A stretch of DNA of 64,000 nt from Phyllobates terribilis (Eukaryota). Location of the stretch: the NCBI RefSeq assembly GCF_046119375.1, contig NW_027362764.1:283154001-283218000 (forward strand), in the 5' to 3' direction. A program made the translations under genes and the position numbers. The notes beneath the pieces are model-generated. The model made no database searches. It was not told where the DNA came from and saw only the letters and a program-made list of their open reading frames with translations. Every line of letters begins with the position of its first letter. The stretch's first letter is position 1. Shown here one piece after another: positions 1 through 9,351 of the stretch.

Positions 1-1190
1 AAAGAAAAACTAGTGGCCATCATTACTTTAAGAAATAAATTTCAGTCAGTGCGAAAAGTTGGGAAAACTTTGTAAGTGTCCCCAAGTGCAGTTGCAAAAA
101 CCATCAAGCGCTACAAAGAACCTGGCTCACATGAGGACCGCCCCAGGAAAGGAAGACCAAGAGTCACCTCTGCTTCTGAGGATAAGTTTATCCGAGTCAC
201 CAGCCTCAGAAATCGCAGGTTAAAAGCAGCTCAGATTAGAGGCCAGGTCAATGCCACACAGAGTTCTAGCAACAGACACATCTCTTCAACAACTGTTAAG
301 AGGAGACTTTGTGCAGCAGGCCTTCATGGTAAAATAGCTGCTAGGAAACCACTGCTAAGGACAGGCAACAAGCAGAAGAGACTTGTTTGGGCTAAAGAAC
401 ACAAGCAATGGACATTAGACCAGTGGAAATCTGTGCTTTGGTCTGACGAGTCCAAATTTGAGATCTTTGGTTCCAACCACCGTGTCTTTGTGCGACGCAG
501 AAAAGGTGAACGGATGGACTCTACATGCCTGGTGTTCCCACCGTGAAGCATGGAGGAGGAGGTGTGATGGTGTGGGGGTGCTTTGCTGATGACACTGTTG
601 GGGATTTATTCAAACTTGAAGGCATACTGAACCAGCATGGCTACCACAGCATCTTGCAGCATCATGCTATTCCATCTGGCTTGCGTTTAGTTGGACCATC
701 ATTTATTTTTCAACAGGACAATGACCCCAAACACACCTCCAGGCTGTGTAAAGGCTATTTGACCAAGAGGGAGAGTGATGGGGTGCTACACCAGAAGACC
801 TGGCCTCCACAGTCACCAGACCTGAACCCAATCGAGATGGTTTGGGGTGAGCTGGACTGCAGAGTGAAGGCAAATGGGCTAACAAGTGCTAACATCTCTG
901 GGAACTCCTTCAAGATTGTTGGAAGACCATTTCCGGTGACTACCTCTTTAAACTCATCAAGAGAATGCCAAGAGTGTGCAAAGCAGTCATCAAAGCAAAA
1001 GGTGGCTACTTTGAAGAACCTAGAATATAAGACATATTTTCAGTTGCTTCACACTTTTTTGCTAAGTATATAATTCCACATGTGTTAATTCATAGTTTTG
1101 ATGCCTTCAGTGTGAATGTACAATTTTCAAAGTCCTGAAAATACAGAAAAATCTTTAAATGGGAAGGTGTGTCCAAACTTTTGGTCTGTA

Positions 1191-1193
<3 letters not shown>
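1..1193 (+). mobile_element. Tc1/mariner DNA transposon, DD38E (Intruder-like); left end outside the window; frameshifted transposase
   Basis: ORFs 76-546 and 525-1073 give [36 protein letters not shown] and SPDLNPIE, with 38 residues between the 2nd D and E. The right end is ...ccaaacttttggtctgtactg followed by TA. Confidence 0.9.

Positions 1194-1232
<39 letters not shown>
1194..1232. repeat. (TA)n microsatellite at the Tc1 TA target site
   Basis: Pure TA run directly after the transposon end. Confidence 0.95.
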
Positions 1233-1238
<6 letters not shown>

Positions 1239-1794
1239 TACATAGTCTTTTCTCATTATGAATATTACCGTACCTTATTACATAGTGCCCTGTCTTGTTA
1301 TTTACAGCACCGTTTCTTACATATCATATTCTCTCGTTATTTTTGTTATTTATAGCGCCCTGTCTTTATTACATAGCGTCCTCTCTTGTAAGATATAAAA
1401 TAACTGCTGATGGAGCATGGTAAAGCTTTTTTTCTGATGGATTACGCTGATGGACTGGTCGTTTAGTCAGGTTCTGCTCAATCATCAGTCATTTTATATC
1501 TAACAAGAGAGGACTCTATATAATAAAGAAAGGAGCTGTGATTATTAAAAATAATGAGAACATGCTATTTAAGGGACGGTGCTATATATGGCAAGAGATG
1601 TAATAATGGGACAGGACAGCACTGCACATAACAATCGAGGACACTATGTAAAAAGGGATCGCCCCATACATAAGTAGAGAGGAGTATACGTAACAAGGAA
1701 CGCCCCTTCCAGTAATAACATCCTTCATACTGGACCCATTCTAGGGATAAGATCTCCCAACCTTACCTCCTTCCTGTTATAATGTCCCACATTC

Positions 1795-2195
1795 TGGTTC
1801 GCTTCCTGGTATAATGTCCCCCATCCTTGTCCCTTTCCTGGTATAATGTCCCCTTACTGGTATAATGTGCCCCATCCTGGTCCCCTTCCTGAAATAATGT
1901 CCCCCATTCTGGTATGATGTAACCCATCCTGGTCCCCTTCCTGGTATAATGAACCCTATCCTGGTATAATATGCCCTATCCTGGTCTCCTTCCTGGGATA
2001 ATGTGACCCATTCTGGTCCCCTTCCTAGTATAATGTGACAAATTCTGGTCCCCTTCCTTTGATAATGTTCTTCATCTTGGTCCCCTTCCTGGTATAATGT
2101 GCCCCATCTTGGTCCATTTCCTGGGATAATGTGCCCAATCTTCGTCCATTTCCTAGTATAATGTGCCCCATCCTGGTCTATTTCCTGGCATAATG
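1795..2195 (+). repeat. Minisatellite, ~32-33 bp unit (ctggtataatgtcccccatcctggtccccttc), about 12 degenerate copies
   Basis: Repeated cctggtataatgt...catcctggtcccctt units. Confidence 0.9.
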
Positions 2196-2736
2196 TGCTT
2201 TGTTCTGTTCTCCAATATATACATATATATACAGTGTATATTTTAAAAAGATGCTACTAACCTTCCCCCACGCTCCCACGCCACTCAGCGTCATCTTCTT
2301 TATCGGGTGCAGTAGTCGACAGCTAACTTCAGCATCCCCACCATGGTGCATGATGTCACTCGCATGCGCTCCCAGTCACGGGCATGCCAACATCAGCTGC
2401 TGGCCTATGATTGGCCACAAGATCCCCTGCGCCTCAATACATTTCAGCTGAATGTGCATCCAAGGACGCACATCCAGCAGAAATGGGCGCGGGCGTCGGT
2501 GGGCCACCCTACACCTCTGCACCTGCTGCACTGGCAATATGTCTGCCCTGCTCCCATTCTGTGAGCTACTTTTAGTTTTTTGCTGTTAAAGTCTGTGTGG
2601 GGTCATTGAAAATCTTTCTACATAGAATAAATTTGCTGTTTTTCAATTCAAATGACCCATTATTCAAAACTAAAGTTCAGCCAGTTATCTAAGAATTGGC
2701 TTTTAACAAGTGTAGTGTTATATTCTATCATACAAT

Positions 2737-3901
2737 TGACGCGCCCCCTGGGCCAGTGTTGTTGGGGATACCCGGAGCCGGATCAGATGGGGGTTGTAGT
2801 CTCCGAGTGGCTGTGACCCGGTCCGTGCCCAGGGTGTCAAGCTCAGTGTGTGGCAGTCCTTATAGATGTTACTAGATGTTCTTTTATGTCGACTACGCCA
2901 CCCGTTGATTTGCGGTCACTACGGCCGCCGCTGCAGCAGGGTCAGCTGAGGCTGGTGATGTGAGTGCAGCTTAGGTAGTATAACCCCCAACGGGAGGGGT
3001 ATAGCCTCAGGGGGTCAGCCGTGGAGGATGGTGGTTGTGAAGGTGCAGCAAGGAGACTCAGAGACATAAAATGCAGTTCCAGGGTTTTACTTACTGGTGT
3101 TGCTCGGGTCACTGTGTACAGCAGTGACCACCCAAGCCGTGCTGCGTCCACCAGGTCCTGGACTCGGTCAACTCCCAGGCAACTCCGGAGTGTGGTCCTG
3201 AGCTCCTTTCTGTCTCTCCCTTCTTCTGGCCGTTCCCACCAGGGATCCACCTAAGTCCGGCTCCCTCGGGCCTCCTGTTGGTAAACCCTTGTCTCTGGGT
3301 TCCCTGACCCTATTCTTGGTCTGCCTTCCGGGTGGATTTAGTGGGTGGTCGTGGCAGATCCTGCCCACGACCTCCGGTTCCTGGCTAAGGTGTGCTGTAG
3401 CCTCTGCCAGCTTGGGATCCGGTACCCTGTTGCCGACCCTTCACCCTATTAGCTCTCTTATGGGCTCTTGGGGTCCCCTCTGTGCCTCTGGGTCTCTCTC
3501 TCTTCTTCTCTGCTCTGCTTCTCAGGCTCTCAGACAGACTGACGTCTCACAGACTGACCCTGATCTAAGATGGTGCCCACCTTATATACTCCCTCTATGT
3601 GTGAGCTCAGGTGACCAGCACCCAATGAGCTCCTAACTTTACCCAGGCTGCCCCCCCTATCTGCCCCTACACTACTGGAATGTTCCACCCCCCCTCCCAC
3701 TCCAGCCAGGAACAGACACTGTCGTACCTGCACATTTCTCTAGTGGGAGTACCATCGGTCTGTTCCCCGGAAATGGGATGTGTGTAGTGCATGCAGCCTA
3801 CTAGCTCAGTTCCACACTCCATCCTTACCCGGGAGTGGAATATCACACCTCTGGGTTGAGGTGCAATACCCCTGTAGCAGCCGAATCCTCAGGGTGCTAC
3901 A
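2737..3901 (-). repeat. 3' LTR (1,165 bp)
   Basis: Direct repeat of 6287-7451 (offset 3,550); I found five substitutions by eye and no indels. Confidence 0.97.
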
Positions 3902-3910
3902 TTCCCCCCT
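3902..3910 (-). promoter_or_regulatory. Polypurine tract (AGGGGGGAA) abutting the 3' LTR
   Basis: The minus strand reads ...ccAGGGGGGAA|TGTAGC. Confidence 0.85.
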
Positions 3911-4320
3911 GGTAAATCACAGCACGTCCTCGGGCTGTAAAATATAAACATCCAAAACATACAATTTTTTTTCATAAACATAAACATAGAAAACATCATA
4001 TAGATATATCAGCAATAAACTTTTCATATAAATAACATTCTTGTTTCTGGTTCCTCCGGTCACTGTGCAACTTGTGACCGGGTAAAGTGCGACAGTCTCT
4101 CTTGGAATAAAACAGTTCCCTATAAAACCGGTAGGGGGCGCTTTAGGAAGCGCAACTATATACAAGGGGATATGGCCGCTCTCAGTCCTCGGCCAGGTAT
4201 TAGGAACTAGGGACACACGGGCATCAGTTCAATTGACTGGTCCCAACGGGGACTATATTTTAACTAGAACAGTTCTTATACCCTGACGGGTAACTATGTA
4301 CAGTCTCTCTCTACCGTACT

Positions 4321-6105
4321 TCAACGACGGCGTCCTCCTGCTACTTCTTTAGATTCTTCAGACCCGTCCGGGTCCTCTTGCTCCTCCTCACACCGCAGCT
4401 CCTCCTCCGTCAGGCGATGCACATGGAGGGCGTAGGGTCCTTTGGCACACTTGTGCCGGGTGAAGGTGACCTCGTCCCCTACATACAGGTCACGACCTCT
4501 GTGTCCCTCCGGCAGATGGCTTTCTACGTCTCTGCGGGTGACAAAGACGTCGCCGGGGGTATGATGGTCTCTAATGAAGCCCCACCCATGCTGCATGTTG
4601 AATTTTATCACAGTCCCGGTGGAAGGGGGACCATGAGCTGCACGGGGTTTCCTCCTGGTCCGGCTCTTCTGCTCCGCGCTCCTTATCTGCGCTTGCTGTT
4701 CCCGGACCCGCCTCTCTCTCCGCTCCCTCTCGAGGACCTCGAGCTGCTGGCGGCAGCATTCTGCACGCTCCGCTGCGGCCGCCCGAGTCTCCTGGGTGAA
4801 CCCCATGAGGTCTTCTCCAGTGGGGTCCCAGTCCCACTCGAACTGTGCCTCCTCCAGCGGGGGCGAGGTCCTCCTTGCGGGCTTCGGAACCGGAATCAGG
4901 GGTTCGTCTAGGGGTCTCTCTTTCCGGAGTCGGGGATGGTGAAACTCCGGTGGCCATATGAAGGGCTGCCCATCCGGGCACGTATGCTGGGCGAACAGGT
5001 CCTCACCCAGGTGCGGTACTTTAGGTGCTATGGGCGCTGTGGTAGTAGTGGCGCCCGGGTTGACCAGGCCTTGCGACCAGGCTTGGGGCACGCTAAAGGA
5101 AAAGGGCACCGTAAGAACGGCGGCGCCCGTGGTTACTCGGCCCTGCGACCAGGCTGGTGGCTCCGCGGAGGTAGGGGGCGCTGTTGGTATTGCGGCGCCC
5201 GGAGGTACTAGGACTTGCGACCAGGCCGATGGTATTTCCTGTTTGGTCGCGCTCGAGGTCGAGGCGTGTGACGTCACAGGGGTCGCGGCCGCGGTTTCCG
5301 GTTGAGGCCTAGTCGGCGGCGGTGACGATGCAGCGACGGGCACGGCAGGGGGAATTTCGGGCTCTGCGACGGGGAGCTGGGGCAGGCACGCGGTTTCCCG
5401 GCTCGGGGTAGAGACGTCCCCTTTACCTGCCTCCGTCCGTTCAGCTCCCTTCTCGGCGCCGTCTCCTGCCTTCATTCCTCCTGCGCCATCCTCAGAGGCG
5501 GTCTGTCTCCTCGTCTCAGGTGGCGTGCTCCGCTGACGGGTTTCGGTCTGCTGGGCCATCTCTCGGCTCCACTCCGCCAACGTCTCTCGCTGCACCCGGG
5601 CCATCCTCCGTGCGAGGCCCTCCAGCGTGGTCTGTGCACACTCCCGGTCTCGGGGGAGCTGTGCTAGGATCTCCAGCAGGCCTTCTGGAGTGGCGACCTG
5701 CAACAGGCTCCTGACCACTGGGTCGGTGCTGCCTGACTCTCCCTCCATCTCCGGGTAGGCTTTCTCTGGACTCTCTTCCAGACGTCTTGTCTCCGGGTGC
5801 GCTCTCTCCAGACTCCTCCAGGCGACACCCATCTTTGCTCTCTTGTTCTGTCTCCGCCCACATTGAGGGTGGTCCCGGGGCAACTTCAGTTCCAGAGGCA
5901 GTTCTCTCACGCTGATGGACACTTCCAGCATCACAGTCTCTGTTGGTGGGCGCGGTTTCCGCTTTTGGCGCCATTCTTCGACCTGGCCCACAATGGGAGG
6001 TGGCCTCTTGCCACCCTCTGGCACGCCCATAATGGCGTCCACTCTTCCAAGGCGGGAAATCTTTGGAAATGGCGGGAATCGTCTCCCAGTGGCGGGAAAC
6101 TCCAT
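4321..6105 (-). CDS. ~594-aa protein in the gag position: helical N-terminal part, Pro/Ala/Thr-rich linker with 24-aa repeats, coiled coil, C-terminal cold-shock domain and acidic tail
   Basis: The frame is stop-free from 6390 (TTG) and the first ATG is at 6105 (MEFPATG...). The C-terminus GTVIKFNMQHGWGFIRDHHTPGDVFVTRRDV...GDEVTF...KGPYALHV (~4414-4620) fits the CSD pattern, with RNP1-like GWGFI and RNP2-like DVFV. Confidence 0.85.
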   Translation of the reverse strand: MEFPATGRRFPPFPKISRLGRVDAIMGVPEGGKRPPPIVGQVEEWRQKRKPRPPTETVMLEVSISVRELPLELKLPRDHPQCGRRQNKRAKMGVAWRSLERAHPETRRLEESPEKAYPEMEGESGSTDPVVRSLLQVATPEGLLEILAQLPRDRECAQTTLEGLARRMARVQRETLAEWSREMAQQTETRQRSTPPETRRQTASEDGAGGMKAGDGAEKGAERTEAGKGDVSTPSRETACLPQLPVAEPEIPPAVPVAASSPPPTRPQPETAAATPVTSHASTSSATKQEIPSAWSQVLVPPGAAIPTAPPTSAEPPAWSQGRVTTGAAVLTVPFSFSVPQAWSQGLVNPGATTTTAPIAPKVPHLGEDLFAQHTCPDGQPFIWPPEFHHPRLRKERPLDEPLIPVPKPARRTSPPLEEAQFEWDWDPTGEDLMGFTQETRAAAAERAECCRQQLEVLERERRERRVREQQAQIRSAEQKSRTRRKPRAAHGPPSTGTVIKFNMQHGWGFIRDHHTPGDVFVTRRDVESHLPEGHRGRDLYVGDEVTFTRHKCAKGPYALHVHRLTEEELRCEEEQEDPDGSEESKEVAGGRRR

Positions 6106-6263
6106 GGATGGCGGGAAAAAGCTGCAAATGGCGGACAACCGGCGGGAAACGACCTGTGATGGGGTCCGTTGGCGGGGACCCTCCGGAACCGGCGGGAGAC
6201 TTCTTGTTAAGGTAACGGTGAACTTTTCTTCAGGCACGCAGTACCCGGTTGTTGCGGGCACGT

Positions 6264-6282
6264 AATCCTGCCGACTACGCCA
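6264..6282 (-). promoter_or_regulatory. Primer-binding site complementary to the tRNA-Ser(AGA) 3' end
   Basis: The plus strand aatcctgccgactacgcca equals the vertebrate tRNA-Ser(AGA) 3' end plus CCA as I recall it (19 nt). It lies 4 nt inside the 5' LTR boundary. Confidence 0.9.
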
Positions 6283-6286
6283 AAGT

Positions 6287-7451
6287 TGACGCGCCCCCTG
6301 GGCCAGTGTTGTTGGGGATACCCGGAGCCGGATCAGATGGGGGTTGTAGTCTCCGAGTGGCTGTGACCCGGTCCGTGCCCAGGGTGTCAAGCTCAGTGTG
6401 TGGCAGTCCTTATAGATGTTACTAGATGTTCTTTTATGTCGACTACGCCACCCGTTGATTTGCGGTCACTACGGCCGCCGCTGCAGCAGGGTCCGCTGAG
6501 GCTGGTGATGTGAGTGCAGCTTAGGTAGTATAACCCCCAACGGGAGGGGTATAGCCTCAGGGGGTCAGCCGTGGAGGATGGTGGTTGTGAAGGTGCAGCA
6601 AGGAGACTCAGAGACATAAAATGCAGTTCCAGGGCTTTACTTACTGGTGTTGCTCGGGTCACTGTGTACAGCAGTGACCACCCAAGCCGTGCTGCGTCCA
6701 CCAGGTCCTGGACTCGGTCAACTCCCAGGCAACTCCGGAGTGTGGTCCTGAGCTCCTTTCTGTCTCTCCCTTCTTCTGGCCGTTCCCACCAGGGATCCAC
6801 CTAAGTCCGGCTCCCTCGGGCCTCCTGTTGGTAAACCCTTGTCTCTGGGTTCCCTGACCCTATTCTTGGTCTGCCTTCCGGGTGGATTTAGTGGGTGGTC
6901 GTGGCAGATCCTGCCCACGACCTCCGGTTCCTGGCTAAGGTGTGCTGTAGCCTCTGCCAGCTTGGGATCCGGTACCCTGTTGCCGACCCTTCACCCTATT
7001 AGCTCTCTTATGGGCTCTTGGGGTCCCCTCTGCGCCTCTGGGTCTCTCTCTCTTCTCCTCTGCTCTGCTTCTCAGGCTCTCAGACAGACTGACGTCTCAC
7101 AGACTGACCCTGATCTAAGATGGTGCCCACCTTATATACTCCCTCTATGTGTGAGCTCAGGTGACCAGCACCCAATGAGCTCCTAACTTTACCCAGGCTG
7201 CCCCCCCTATCTGCCCCTACACTACTGGGATGTTCCACCCCCCCTCCCACTCCAGCCAGGAACAGACACTGTCGTACCTGCACATTTCTCTAGTGGGAGT
7301 ACCATCGGTCTGTTCCCCGGAAATGGGATGTGTGTAGTGCATGCAGCCTACTAGCTCAGTTCCACACTCCATCCTTACCCGGGAGTGGAATATCACACCT
7401 CTGGGTTGAGGTGCAATACCCCTGTAGCAGCCGAATCCTCAGGGTGCTACA
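6287..7451 (-). repeat. 5' LTR (1,165 bp) with a TATA-like box (TATATAAG, ~7131-7138)
   Basis: Direct repeat of 2737-3901. The plus strand cccaccttatatactccc reads gggagTATATAAGgtggg on the minus strand. Confidence 0.95.
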
Positions 7452-7610
7452 CAATCAAAGTGCAGAAAATCTCGGAACAGAGTATAAATCATTTAATTGC
7501 TGTATTATGCACCAATTCTGACCACAGAAGGTATCTTGAAAACTATTTATGATTTATATGGTATATCATTGTTGTAGGTGGAGCTTTCTTTTAAGCATTG
7601 ATAAACATAT

Positions 7611-7940
7611 GGGCCCCGATCCATCAAGACTGGTGATTTATTCGCTGTTCTAGATGAGGGGGCATGTTGGAGTCAGACACACTTGATTCATTAAGAGGCA
7701 CACACCTGTCAATGAATCAGGAGCAGCTGACAAATGGTATATGCCTCCATGTACCGCACCAGAAAAGCTTGCTCCAGTTCATTACTGGAGTAAGATTTTT
7801 GGCATTAGAAATGCCACAGCTCGTCATGAATTCAATCGGCCAGGCCCAGCTTTAGCCATTTTGATGGAGCTAAAATTTTGCAACTTTTCAAAGCAATTTA
7901 TGCCAGAACTTTTACGAAATTGCTTTTATGAATCAGGGCC
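7611..7940. mobile_element. MITE with gggcc(c/t)gat(t/c)cat termini
   Basis: Ends gggccccgatccatcaa ... ttatgaatcagggcc. Related degenerate pieces lie near 20145-20460 and 26780-27055. Confidence 0.55.
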
Positions 7941-9351
7941 ATGGTCTTCAAGCATAAAAATAGATAAAATAAGTCTTGAACTTACTGTAGCAACCAAAGT
8001 TTTAAAGACCACCATACTCTTTAAACTTTAGACTAAAGTCGTCCGAACCCACCAATATAGAAGGGGTTTGGCTGACAGTCTAATGTGTGTGGGGACTTTC
8101 CCCCAACATATGACGTCGGGAGAGATAAGGATCGGTTTTGGACTGCCGATCCTTTTATTCTGTAACAGATAAGTCGCCACCAGACTTGTCTGGCAGCGGC
8201 TCCCTCTTAGAGAACAAAGGAGGCCATGGCAGAGCGAGCACTCCTGTGTATAGGAGAGTTGGGTGAGAAAGCTGCCTGCTGAATAAGCGACCAAACTATC
8301 GTTCACCCAACAACTATCTAGGGTGTATGGGTGCCTTAGGCATGGTTGTAAGCATATAGAAGAGAAAGGATTGGCTGCTATAGAAATTAACAATATTCAA
8401 ACTTGTAGTTAGAACAATCTCATGAGCAACGGCCATTACTTTCAAAACTTGCATTTGGATTAACAATGTAATTCAATCTTCATTTCTGAACTTTAGAAGA
8501 GATTCATTTCAAGCAAACCAATTAGCGATCCAAGAAATATCACTATTTTAAGCTCTATTCATGGAAGCTCTATAGATGATTAATCTTAGCTGGGAGTTAG
8601 ATATTAACAACTTCACATCAATTTGGGTTGGATCCGTACTCATTGTGATTCTGTTTCAATTTAAATTAATGTGAGAACCATTAGGAAATATAAGGAAAAT
8701 CTCTGTAGTCATATATTGTGAATGATTCATTATCAGTAATGGGAGCAGGATGTTTGTAGAAATTGCATTGAAATACGATGAAATCATGGAGAGAGAAAGG
8801 TTGACATTATTATTCTCTACACTGAAAAACACGTTAATGGAATATCTGCTTGGTTACCATCTAGTGCTTGCAGCACTGCTTGTGTAAGGAGACGATATGA
8901 TTAAGCACAGTAGGATCATTATAGAACCAACATAGGTTTTCATGTTGTTATGGAAACATCAATTATTGTATTAAGAAAAATGATTGACTAAGAGATCGAA
9001 ACTATTATCAACTTTGTGGTTTGTGTTAGATGTGTTTTATAATCAATCACTAAATATTCTAGGAAGCAATATTAGGCTGAGGCATACAACATTGTACACC
9101 CTGGAAATGGCAATCATGGTAATTGTGAAAATAAATTGTATATATTTTCAATAACTTTGTGTGATTTCTTTTAGTAGCCAACAATAGAGTTGAGCAAAAA
9201 GATTTGCACTGCCCTGATCCGGTGCCCAGTCCAGGCCCTCGTGGCAGCCTTCTGTTCTTTGCTCAGCATCCTCGGCCCAGTTTTATGGGCACCTCCTACT
9301 TTTAATAGGCCTAGCAATGTCATGATGTCACCGCTTGACACATGTCATGTC

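Larger units (their letters stand above)
2737..7451 (-). mobile_element. Complete non-autonomous LTR retroelement (Gypsy-like cis signals) carrying a single cold-shock-domain ORF
   Basis: LTRs at 2737-3901 and 6287-7451 (TGTAGC...GCGTCA on the minus strand). 4-bp TSD caat at 2733-2736 and 7452-7455. PBS at 6264-6282 and PPT at 3902-3910. The 2,385-bp interior has no protease, RT, RNase H or integrase motifs. Confidence 0.95.

Noticed and set aside
2942-3733. Duplicated ORFs (MDPWWER..., MSLGSLTL...) repeated at 6393-7283
   Set aside because: They are identical only because they lie in the two LTRs; no recognisable domain.
4378-6265. Several antisense and alternative-frame ORFs overlapping the CSD gene
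   Set aside because: Expected shadows of a GC-rich coding region; no motifs.
6264-6282. tRNA-Ser-like sequence as a tRNA gene
   Set aside because: Only the 3' 19 nt including CCA are present, adjacent to an LTR, so this is a PBS.
6106-6390. N-terminal 95 codons of the 689-aa ORF-track entry
   Set aside because: The start at 6390 is TTG inside the LTR and the frame runs through the PBS. The first ATG is at 6105, so the extension is probably leader sequence.
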